A stretch of 64,000 nt of DNA from Candidatus Levyibacteriota bacterium (GTDB taxonomy: Bacteria; Patescibacteriota; Microgenomatia; Levybacterales; UBA12049), in contig CP066685.1 in NCBI GenBank assembly GCA_016432345.1, positions 240,236 through 304,235 of the forward strand, given 5' to 3'. Under the pieces are notes generated by a model. That model saw only the letters and a list, made by a program, of their open reading frames with translations, ran no database searches and had not been told where the DNA came from. This document shows, piece after piece, positions 40,874 to 48,627 of the stretch. Position 1 is the stretch's first letter. Each line of letters starts with the position of its first letter. Position numbers and translations under genes: made by a program.

Positions 40874-43351
40874 ATGCTTAATCAAGAAACCAAACGAAAA
40901 ATTGATTCTGCCCGCGACATTTTAGTTGGCAAAGTCCCGGATCCAAAGGCCCAAGTTGAACAAATCACCACAGCTTTAATCTATAAGTTTATGGATGACA
41001 TGGACAAGACATCGCAAGAACTAGGTGGTAAGGCTAGATTTTTCACTAATGGTTACGAAAAATACGCGTGGACAAAATTGATGGATGCCAAACTGGGTGG
41101 ACACGAGAAACTCGATCTGTATATGGAAGCACTTGCTAAACTTTCTTTAAATCCCCATATTCCCCAATTATTCCGTGATATTTTCAAAGATGCATTTCTA
41201 CCCTATCGTAATCCTGAAACTCTAAGTTTATTTTTGAAAGAAATAAACGGTTTTACTTACGAACATAGCGAGGATCTAGGGGATTCATTTGAATACTTAC
41301 TTTCGGTTTTGGGAAGCCAGGGAGATGCAGGACAATTCCGAACTCCTCGGCACATTATTGATTTTATAGTAGATGTCGTTAACCCCAAAAAAGATGATAC
41401 CATCTGCGATCCTGCTTGTGGCACTGCTGGTTTTTTAATTTCTGCCTACAAACATATACTCAAACAGCATGATGGAAAAAATGACCCTGAAAACAAAGAA
41501 AAACCACTTACCCCAGATGAACGAAAAAAACTCATGGATCATTTTACAGGTTATGACATTAGCCCAGATATGGTTCGACTCTCGAGAGTTAATTTATATC
41601 TGCATGGGTTTCCCAATCCGACGATTTACGAATACGACACGCTTTCAAGTGAGGAAAAATGGGATGAAAGTTTTGATGTAATGCTTGCTAACCCTCCGTT
41701 TATGACTCCCAAAGGGGGTATCAAACCGCATAAGCGTTTTAGTGTTCAAGCCAATCGTTCCGAAGTTTTATTTGTGGATTACATTTTAGAACACCTACGT
41801 CCAAATGGCCGTGCGGGTATTATTGTGCCGGAAGGAATTATTTTTCAATCAGGCAATGCTTATAAACAACTCCGTAAGTTATTAGTCGAAGAAAATTATC
41901 TGTGGGCTGTAGTGTCACTTCCCGCTGGAGTATTCCAGCCTTATTCGGGGGTTAAAACTTCAATTTTGTTTTTAGACCGTGAACTTGCAAAAAAATCAGA
42001 TTCAGTCGTATTTATGAAAGTCAACAATGATGGGCTTGACTTGGGAGCCCAAAGAAGGGAAATAAAAGAAAATGATTTACCAACAGCTTTAATGCTATTG
42101 AATAGTTATAAGAAAAATATTACTTCAAATAATTTACCACAAACCAATGATCTGGAAACATTAACAAAGAATACAATTTCAATTTTTGTACCCAAATCTA
42201 AGATTCGAGAACTCGGTGATTATTACCTGACTGGAGAACGATATAAAGAAATTAACGAGCTAAAAAATCAAAAATGGCCTATGGTGGAGTTGGGTGATAT
42301 TTGTATAGTTTTAGATAGTAAACGAAGACCAGTAACAAAAGCAGACAGAAAATCTGGAAAATATCCTTATTATGGTGCAACAGGCATATTGGATTATGTT
42401 GATGGGTTTTTGTTTGACGAAAAACTTGTATTAGTTGGAGAAGATGGAGCTAAATGGGGTAAAGGTGAGAAAACTGCTTTTATTGCTGAAGGTAAATATT
42501 GGGTGAATAATCATGCACATGTTATGCGACCCATAAGAGACAGACTTATTGATGAATACCTTGTGCCAGTTCTTAATTCAATGGACTTAACACCATATAT
42601 TACAGGAGTGACAGTCCCAAAGTTGAATCAGGAAAGGTTGAGGTCAATAAAAATCCCTTTACCACCGATTGAGGTACAAAAAAAAATAGTTGAGGAAGTA
42701 GAAAGTTACCAGAAAATTATTGACGCTGCTAAACAGATAGTAAACAGTTGGAAACCTGAAATTGAGATAAATACTGCTTGGGAGCTAAAAAAAATCAGTG
42801 AGGTGGCTGAAATTAATCCTTCAAAACCTAAATTTAAAGAATGGGATTTAGATAAAGACGTCTTTTTCTTACCAATGTCAGTACTCGATACGAATTCTCC
42901 TAACCCGAAAAAAATGGAAAAAAGAAAACTGAAAGAAGTTATAAATGGTTACACCTGTTTTAAAAATGATGATGTGTTGTTGGCGAAAATTACCCCATGC
43001 TTCGAAAATGGAAAATCCGGAATTGTAAAGCTAGACGGTGTTGGGTTTGGATCAACAGAGTTTATTGTGATTAGAGCAGATAGATCAAAAGTTGAACCGC
43101 TTTGGTTATGGTATTTTATTTTTTCAGATAGTTTTAAAATAAACGGTATTCCAAAAATGTCTGGTTCAGCAGGGCAAAAAAGATTACCTGTAACTTACGT
43201 TGAAAATTATGAAATTCCGGTGCCGAACCTTGAAACACAAAAAGCAATAATAGCTACACTTAAACTCAATTATGATTATATAAAAAATACTAAAGAAAAT
43301 ATAATTCCCCAATTAGAGCAAAAGATTCAGGCTGTGCTGGAAGAAATATGA
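40874..43351 (+). CDS. hsdMS: Type I R-M methyltransferase-specificity fusion (HsdM-HsdS in one polypeptide)
   Basis: AdoMet motif DPACGTAGFL and catalytic LANPPFM. From about aa 470 there are two HsdS TRDs (WPMVELGDICIV...; WELKKISEVAEI...), each followed by a conserved helix (PLPPIEVQKKIVEEVE; VPNLETQKAIIATL). Confidence 0.85.
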   Translation: MLNQETKRKIDSARDILVGKVPDPKAQVEQITTALIYKFMDDMDKTSQELGGKARFFTNGYEKYAWTKLMDAKLGGHEKLDLYMEALAKLSLNPHIPQLFRDIFKDAFLPYRNPETLSLFLKEINGFTYEHSEDLGDSFEYLLSVLGSQGDAGQFRTPRHIIDFIVDVVNPKKDDTICDPACGTAGFLISAYKHILKQHDGKNDPENKEKPLTPDERKKLMDHFTGYDISPDMVRLSRVNLYLHGFPNPTIYEYDTLSSEEKWDESFDVMLANPPFMTPKGGIKPHKRFSVQANRSEVLFVDYILEHLRPNGRAGIIVPEGIIFQSGNAYKQLRKLLVEENYLWAVVSLPAGVFQPYSGVKTSILFLDRELAKKSDSVVFMKVNNDGLDLGAQRREIKENDLPTALMLLNSYKKNITSNNLPQTNDLETLTKNTISIFVPKSKIRELGDYYLTGERYKEINELKNQKWPMVELGDICIVLDSKRRPVTKADRKSGKYPYYGATGILDYVDGFLFDEKLVLVGEDGAKWGKGEKTAFIAEGKYWVNNHAHVMRPIRDRLIDEYLVPVLNSMDLTPYITGVTVPKLNQERLRSIKIPLPPIEVQKKIVEEVESYQKIIDAAKQIVNSWKPEIEINTAWELKKISEVAEINPSKPKFKEWDLDKDVFFLPMSVLDTNSPNPKKMEKRKLKEVINGYTCFKNDDVLLAKITPCFENGKSGIVKLDGVGFGSTEFIVIRADRSKVEPLWLWYFIFSDSFKINGIPKMSGSAGQKRLPVTYVENYEIPVPNLETQKAIIATLKLNYDYIKNTKENIIPQLEQKIQAVLEEI

Positions 43352-43767
43352 ATGTAGAAAAATACAAGGAAGATTTGAAAAGAGAGGTATCCAAAAAAAA
43401 GAGTGAGGGTTATCAATTTATTCCTATCATTTCGGGAGCAACATCTTTATATTTTCTACAAAGAATTATTTTTTCGAATTTACCGTACGATAAATTTATA
43501 CTTGCAATTGGTGCCGTTTTGATAGTTTTTGGAATTTCTGCTTTTCTTTTTTGGTCACTAAAAAGAGCCGAACAAGACAAAGATAAGTATTTATTAAGTA
43601 CGGTTGGCAAAATTGTAGAGGATGTGTTTAAGCATTACGGAGTATCTATGGCGAGTAACGCAGCTGGTCCAACAACAGCTAATCAAATGAATCCAATTAT
43701 GCTAACTATTGTAGACTTAGTAAGCGGTCTAAAAGAGCTAATGCAGAAAAGCTATACAAAAAACTAA
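43348..43767 (+). CDS. Hypothetical 2-TM membrane protein, translationally coupled to hsdMS
   Basis: Its ATG overlaps the hsdMS TGA. Two hydrophobic helices. No recognisable motif. Confidence 0.5.
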   Translation: MNVEKYKEDLKREVSKKKSEGYQFIPIISGATSLYFLQRIIFSNLPYDKFILAIGAVLIVFGISAFLFWSLKRAEQDKDKYLLSTVGKIVEDVFKHYGVSMASNAAGPTTANQMNPIMLTIVDLVSGLKELMQKSYTKN

Positions 43768-43807
43768 ATACATAATTTTAGAAGTTCAGGTATAATAAAT
43801 TAACAAT

Positions 43808-44173
43808 ATGCCAAGTCTACAAGTTAATTGGGTTAAAAATTCAAATAATAATCAGTGGTTTGATCTTTTGAGGCTTGATCTCAATGCGCCTTATTTTCTG
43901 AATAAGGAAGGGGTTTATATTTTATGGTACTCTAGTCCGTCAGGAGCGAAAGTAATACGAGTTGGTCAAGGAGATATTGGGAGCAGATTAAGGGAACACA
44001 GGAGTAATCCAGAAATTTTAAGATACTCTAGCTATGGACAATTAAAAGTTACCTGGGCATTAGTAGATTCGCAGTACAAAGATGGGGTAGAAGCATTTTT
44101 ATATGATTCTTATAGTCCTTTAATTGGTGAAAGGTCACCTGCTGCCCAACCTATTTCGGTAAATCTAATATGA
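43808..44173 (+). CDS. GIY-YIG-like domain protein (hypothetical nuclease)
   Basis: GVYILWY..(x9)..VIRVGQG..GSRLREHRS...GVEAFLYD follows the GIY-x(9-11)-YIG-R...E spacing. Confidence 0.45.
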   Translation: MPSLQVNWVKNSNNNQWFDLLRLDLNAPYFLNKEGVYILWYSSPSGAKVIRVGQGDIGSRLREHRSNPEILRYSSYGQLKVTWALVDSQYKDGVEAFLYDSYSPLIGERSPAAQPISVNLI

Positions 44174-44649
44174 TAAATTGGGTTGATGTAGCAAAAACCT
44201 TTCTTGAAAGTCTATTAGGACCTTTAGTTGTTGGTTTAGTTATTTGGCGAGTTGGGAAAAATGAAGTTGATAAGAGAATTAAAAATGAGGCAATAAGAGA
44301 TTTAATGACTTTTAGAGGTGATTATTCTTCTCCAGAATTTCGTCGATCGCTTAACAAAGTTTCGATTACATTCCATGGAGATGAAGCGATCAGGCAGCAA
44401 ATTCGTGATTTATACGAGGATATCAATAATCCGGGTAACTCGGAAACAAATATAAATAGAAAAATAGTTGGGTTAATATACAATTTATGCAGAAAGAATG
44501 GTTTTGGTGGTATTACTGAATATGATATTGACCAATCATTCCCAGAACAAAAACAAACACCTACTTCAACTTTAACTCCTACTTCACACCAAGTTTTACA
44601 GGATAAACCTAAAATTCCAAAAAATGGAAAGAATAAGAAAACAAAATAG
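44170..44649 (+). CDS. Hypothetical membrane-anchored protein with a T/P/K-rich tail
   Basis: ATGA overlap with the upstream gene, and an N-terminal TM segment (LLGPLVVGLVIW). No recognisable motif. Confidence 0.45.
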   Translation: MINWVDVAKTFLESLLGPLVVGLVIWRVGKNEVDKRIKNEAIRDLMTFRGDYSSPEFRRSLNKVSITFHGDEAIRQQIRDLYEDINNPGNSETNINRKIVGLIYNLCRKNGFGGITEYDIDQSFPEQKQTPTSTLTPTSHQVLQDKPKIPKNGKNKKTK

Positions 44650-44705
44650 TTTAAGTGACTAATTATTATAATTTAAGCAGAAAATAAATGTGTATGAAAG
44701 ATGAA

Positions 44706-44741
44706 CTCAAATACCAATAGCACATTTCTACTTTTGTAGAT
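44706..44741 (+). CRISPR. Single orphan type V-A (Cas12a-type) CRISPR repeat
   Basis: The 3' part ATTTCTACTTTTGTAGAT (44724-41) matches the conserved V-A handle UCUACU-N3-5-GUAGAU. No second repeat occurs within the window. Confidence 0.6.
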
Positions 44742-44745
44742 CTAG

Positions 44746-44754
44746 TGGTATACT
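44746..44754 (+). promoter_or_regulatory. Extended -10-like element TGGTATACT upstream of the 44765 gene
   Basis: A TGnTATACT match 11 nt upstream of the ATG, immediately after the orphan repeat. Confidence 0.3.
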
Positions 44755-44764
44755 AGAGCAGATA

Positions 44765-45373
44765 ATGAAAAATCCAAATGTTGTGCGGTTTGTTGGTCTT
44801 GGGGTAGTAATAATAATGCTTGTTGCTTTTGGCATTTTCTTTTTTTCCTCTTCAAAAAAATCTGATCCTGTTCCTTTGCAGCAAAATGTACCGGTGGAAA
44901 CAAAAAAATCTCCATCTCTTACAACAAAAACTTATGTTGACGATGCAGGATTTCAATTTGATTACCCAGATGATTTGACTGTTGCTAAAAAAGACAACAC
45001 AAGTTCTGTTACATATTCATCTTTAGAAATTGTATCAAAAGAGGTATCTGGATCTATGTTTTTTCTGGTTGAGGACACCAAAGCTAAATCTGTTGACGAA
45101 TTGGTAGAGAAAAATACGACAACAAAAGAAGCAGCACTTGGAAGTTTGGAGGCTATAGAAGTAACAGGTGGCGATAAAACGACACTTTTTGCCATTGATC
45201 AAGGGATACTTTTTCAAGTAACTCTTTATAGAGCAACAGACAAGTCGTATTGGGATGGTGTATACCAAACAATTATTTCGAGTTTTTCCTTTGTTGCTCC
45301 TGCCGCAAGTTCTCAAAGTTCTTCGGATAGCGACAATAATGATGTAGTTCAAGAAGAGGATATTATTGAATAA
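44765..45373 (+). CDS. Hypothetical membrane-anchored protein
   Basis: An N-terminal TM segment, then a soluble domain and an acidic Ser-rich tail. Overlaps the tkt start by 8 nt. Confidence 0.5.
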   Translation: MKNPNVVRFVGLGVVIIMLVAFGIFFFSSSKKSDPVPLQQNVPVETKKSPSLTTKTYVDDAGFQFDYPDDLTVAKKDNTSSVTYSSLEIVSKEVSGSMFFLVEDTKAKSVDELVEKNTTTKEAALGSLEAIEVTGGDKTTLFAIDQGILFQVTLYRATDKSYWDGVYQTIISSFSFVAPAASSQSSSDSDNNDVVQEEDIIE

Positions 45374-47237
45374 TATGAACCAAAATAATAGCTGGAAAGC
45401 TAAGGCAACCTTAATTCGTAAATGGTCTCTTGTTTCAACATCTGCAGCAGGTTCTGGACACCCCACCTCTTGTATGTCGGCAGCAGATTTAGGAACAGTT
45501 TTATTTGATAAATATTTTTGTTTTGATATTAAAAATCCCAAGAATCCAAATAACGATCGGTTTGTTTTATCCAAAGGCCACGCATCACCACTTTTATACG
45601 CGCTTTTTGCCATGAGCGGAGGACTCAAAATTGAAGAACTAAAAACCTTGAGAAAATTTGGCAGTCGTTTGGAAGGACATCCAACACCACGATTTCCATA
45701 TGCCGATGTTACTACGGGTTCGCTTGGTCAAGGTTTATCTGTAGGCGCAGGAATGGCATTTTCAATTCATAATTCAGAATTCAGAATTCAGAATTTGCCT
45801 AAGGTGTATGTACTTTTGGGGGATGGCGAGTTGGCAGAAGGCAGTGTGTGGGAAGCGGCAAATTTTGCTTCTTATTATAAATTGAATAATCTTATTGCCA
45901 TTGCCGATATCAATGGTTTGGGGCAGAGTCAGGAAACAATGTTTAATCATCATATCAATGAATATACCGATCGTTTTTCGGCATTTGGCTGGGAAGTAAT
46001 TGCTATTGATGGTCATGATTTTTTGGAAATTGATAAAGCATTATCACTGGCTGTTAATAATAAATCGGATAAGCCGTTTGTGATTATTGCCAAAACAGAA
46101 AAAGGCAAAGGCGTTTCTTTTTTGGAGGGAAAAAATGGATGGCATGGGAAGCCGCTTAAAAAGGATGAATTAGAAAAAGCGTTGTTGGAGTTGGGAGAGG
46201 TTTCGGATGATTTAAGATTTACGTTGAAGTTGCCTAGAGAATCGCAGACTGATACAAGGTCACACCTTGTACAAGGTGCGACCTTAACAAATCCCCCTTA
46301 TAAAAAGGGTGAGGAAGTTGCAACACGGGAAGTGTATGGACAAGTTTTGGCAAAGCTTGGAGATAGCAATACTTTAATATATGCTTTAGATGGCGATACG
46401 AAAAATTCTACATATTCTCAGGATTTCTTAAAAGCTCATCCGGATAGGTTTATTGAATGTTTTATTGCCGAGCAAAATATGGTGGGTGTGGCAACAGGAC
46501 TTTCTACACAAGGAAAAATTCCATTTGTATCAACGTTCGCCGCGTTTTTAACAAGAGCGTTTGACCAAATAAGAATGGCTGCGGTTTCAAAAGCCAATGT
46601 AAAGTTTGTTGGTTCGCATGTTGGTGTTTCGATTGGAGAAGATGGGCCATCGCAAATGGGACTTGAAGATATGGCTATGTTTGGCGCTCTTCCTGATTCT
46701 ATTATTTTACACCCATCAGAAAGTGTATCAACAGCCAAACTTTTGCCGCAGATGGTATCCCATGTTGGTATTTCGTATCTTCGAACCTTGCGAGCAAAAA
46801 CAGCGGTTTTGTATGATAATAATGAAGAATTTGTTGTCGGTGGTTCAAAAATTCTCAAAAGATCAAAAACAGATATACTAACTGTTGTGGCTGCGGGTAT
46901 CACTGTTTTTGAGGCGCTTAAAGCATACGATATACTAAGAAGTGAGGGTATAATAATACGTGTTGTTGATTGTTATTCGGTAAAGCCAATCGATGACAAA
47001 ACGTTAATTAAGAGTTTAAAAGAGACAAAGAAAAAAATTATTATTACTGTTGAAGATCATTTTGAGCATGGCGGTTTGGGGGATTTTGTTTTGGATGCTG
47101 TTTCTGAAACAGGAGTACATGTTATAAAAATGGCAGTTAATCATATTTCTCGTTCTGGGACAAAAGATGAGGTTATGGAAGATGCCGGCATTACAGCGAA
47201 ACATATTGTTGAAAAAGTAAAAAAACTAATTGATTAG
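45366..47237 (+). CDS. tkt: Transketolase, with the N-terminal (TPP-binding) and C-terminal (Pyr + C-terminal) sections fused in one ORF
   Basis: N-terminal half: SGHPTSCMSAADL, GSLGQGLSVGAGMA, LLGDGELAEGSVWEA. C-terminal half: ATREVYGQVLAKLG, FIAEQNMVGVATGL. The linker at about aa 285-320 contains the palindromic element. Confidence 0.88.
   Translation: MNNMNQNNSWKAKATLIRKWSLVSTSAAGSGHPTSCMSAADLGTVLFDKYFCFDIKNPKNPNNDRFVLSKGHASPLLYALFAMSGGLKIEELKTLRKFGSRLEGHPTPRFPYADVTTGSLGQGLSVGAGMAFSIHNSEFRIQNLPKVYVLLGDGELAEGSVWEAANFASYYKLNNLIAIADINGLGQSQETMFNHHINEYTDRFSAFGWEVIAIDGHDFLEIDKALSLAVNNKSDKPFVIIAKTEKGKGVSFLEGKNGWHGKPLKKDELEKALLELGEVSDDLRFTLKLPRESQTDTRSHLVQGATLTNPPYKKGEEVATREVYGQVLAKLGDSNTLIYALDGDTKNSTYSQDFLKAHPDRFIECFIAEQNMVGVATGLSTQGKIPFVSTFAAFLTRAFDQIRMAAVSKANVKFVGSHVGVSIGEDGPSQMGLEDMAMFGALPDSIILHPSESVSTAKLLPQMVSHVGISYLRTLRAKTAVLYDNNEEFVVGGSKILKRSKTDILTVVAAGITVFEALKAYDILRSEGIIIRVVDCYSVKPIDDKTLIKSLKETKKKIIITVEDHFEHGGLGDFVLDAVSETGVHVIKMAVNHISRSGTKDEVMEDAGITAKHIVEKVKKLID
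45771..45795 (+). repeat. (AATTCAG)x3.5 heptanucleotide tandem repeat inside tkt
   Basis: AATTCAGAATTCAGAATTCAGAATT, translated as NSEFRIQN, in the loop preceding VYVLLGDGE. Confidence 0.9.
46256..46288 (+). repeat. Palindromic element copy A (33 nt, in-frame in the tkt linker)
   Basis: AAGGTCACACCTTGTACAAGGTGCGACCTTAAC. One arm mismatch. Translated as RSHLVQGATLT. Confidence 0.9.
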
Positions 47238-47269
47238 AAGGTCGCACCTTGTTAAGGTGCGACCTTAAC
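47238..47269 (+). repeat. Palindromic element copy B (32 nt, intergenic, directly after the tkt stop)
   Basis: AAGGTCGCACCTTGTTAAGGTGCGACCTTAAC. Perfect 13-bp arms. Starts 1 nt after the TAG stop. Confidence 0.9.
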
Positions 47270-47276
47270 ACAGATT

Positions 47277-48182
47277 ATGTGGATTGGATTTTTTGGCATA
47301 CTTGTGATTGGTATATTAGGTGGAAGCACCCCAATATTAGTTAAGTTAGGATTAACAGAATTTCCTCCATTGCTACTTACAACACTGCGATTTATCATTG
47401 CGACTATTATATTTTTACCCTTTTTTCTTCAAGAGAAAAGACATCTTACAAGACATGATATTTGGATTTTATTTACTAGATCCCTATTTTTTGCCGGAAA
47501 CGCAGGTATTTTTAGCATTGCTATACAATATACCACAGCAATAATTTCGCAAGTTCTTTATAGTTTTGTTCCTGGGATAGTTTTGGTTATGAGTTTTCTT
47601 TTTTTACGAGAGAATATGACAAAACAAAGAATCATAGGTTTATTTATTGCAGTAATTGGTGTTGGTATTCTTATTCAACAATCAATTATAAAAACAGAGG
47701 TATTAACATTTGGCACCTTGATTGGTAATATGTTGACCTTGCTTGCAGCTTTATCATGGTCTGCATATACTGTGGTTTCAAAGAGATTGACAGATGTCTA
47801 TAGTCCGGTTGTTACCACATTTGCAAGTTTTGTAACAATAATAATTATTCTTGTTCCCCTTTTACCTATTGAGTATATATTGCAACCAGTACAACTGGAA
47901 AATGTTGATTTGTCTGGTGTTGGTAGTGTTATGTACTTGGGTATTTTTTCTTCTGCATTTATGTTTTTTCTTACACAATTATTAATACAAAAGACAAGTT
48001 CTTTTGTTACATCACTTTCTCAATATCTAGCGCCATTTGCCGGTGCTATGATTGCTATTCCGATTTTAGGAGAAAAACTTACGCCACTGTTTTTTCTTGC
48101 AGGAGTTTGTGTAGTTGTCGGTGTTTTTTACGCAACAAGTTACGAAGGTGTAAGAAAACACATAAAATCCGTGTTACAATAA
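47277..48182 (+). CDS. DMT superfamily (EamA-like) transporter
   Basis: Ten predicted TM helices in two EamA-like halves. Confidence 0.75.
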   Translation: MWIGFFGILVIGILGGSTPILVKLGLTEFPPLLLTTLRFIIATIIFLPFFLQEKRHLTRHDIWILFTRSLFFAGNAGIFSIAIQYTTAIISQVLYSFVPGIVLVMSFLFLRENMTKQRIIGLFIAVIGVGILIQQSIIKTEVLTFGTLIGNMLTLLAALSWSAYTVVSKRLTDVYSPVVTTFASFVTIIIILVPLLPIEYILQPVQLENVDLSGVGSVMYLGIFSSAFMFFLTQLLIQKTSSFVTSLSQYLAPFAGAMIAIPILGEKLTPLFFLAGVCVVVGVFYATSYEGVRKHIKSVLQ

Positions 48183-48186
48183 ACTC

Positions 48187-48627
48187 ATGAAGAATGAGGA
48201 GCTTGTTGAAGAGTCTTGGGATAAGAAAAAAATTGCGATTGCAGCAATACTTCTTTTTTGTCTTGTTGGTTTTGTGTATGCAGCGAAAAATTATTTTTTA
48301 GAGAGTTTTGAGCAAACACGAAAGACATCTCCGAAATCACCTGGTTCTGTTGCAGGTGCTTCTGCAGAGGAAAATAAAGACTCGTCTTCCGATTCAAAAG
48401 ATGACAGTAAACCATTCTCTTTTACATTTAATTCCTCTTCAATTCGATCTGAAGCGCAGAAAAAATTGGATTCTCTAAAAGAACAGGTAGGTAATTTAAG
48501 CGTTGAAGATGTTGCGTCTTCGTCTCCACAACTGCAGAGAGTAATCAATGACATAAAGGCTTTAGAACAATACCCCAAAAACCAGGCAAAACAGATGTGT
48601 GAGAATATTTGTAAGAGCTTAGAATGA
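48187..48627 (+). CDS. Hypothetical membrane-anchored protein
   Basis: One TM segment, then a Ser/Asp-rich low-complexity region and a helical C-terminus. Confidence 0.45.
   Translation: MKNEELVEESWDKKKIAIAAILLFCLVGFVYAAKNYFLESFEQTRKTSPKSPGSVAGASAEENKDSSSDSKDDSKPFSFTFNSSSIRSEAQKKLDSLKEQVGNLSVEDVASSSPQLQRVINDIKALEQYPKNQAKQMCENICKSLE

Noticed and set aside
44640-44764. A multi-repeat CRISPR array around the Cas12a-type repeat
   Set aside because: Only one repeat copy is present. Sequence one repeat-plus-spacer length upstream or downstream shows no similarity, so it is annotated as an orphan repeat rather than an array.
36931-44764. Transposase, integrase, tRNA attachment site or terminal inverted/direct repeats delimiting the R-M island
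   Set aside because: No ORF with recombinase-like motifs was seen, and the flanks showed no obvious repeats by eye. The mechanism of replacement therefore remains unknown, and the island is not called a mobile element.
45035-45628. 197-aa minus-strand ORF, plus other long antisense ORFs (e.g. 22736-23251, 46436-46903, 59900-60409, 26152-26580, 4123-4500)
   Set aside because: Each is fully overlapped by a + strand gene with strong family motifs (tkt, dapL, ugd, lysK, the ABC permease). Their translations are low-complexity or unfamiliar. They are typical shadow ORFs of an AT-rich genome.
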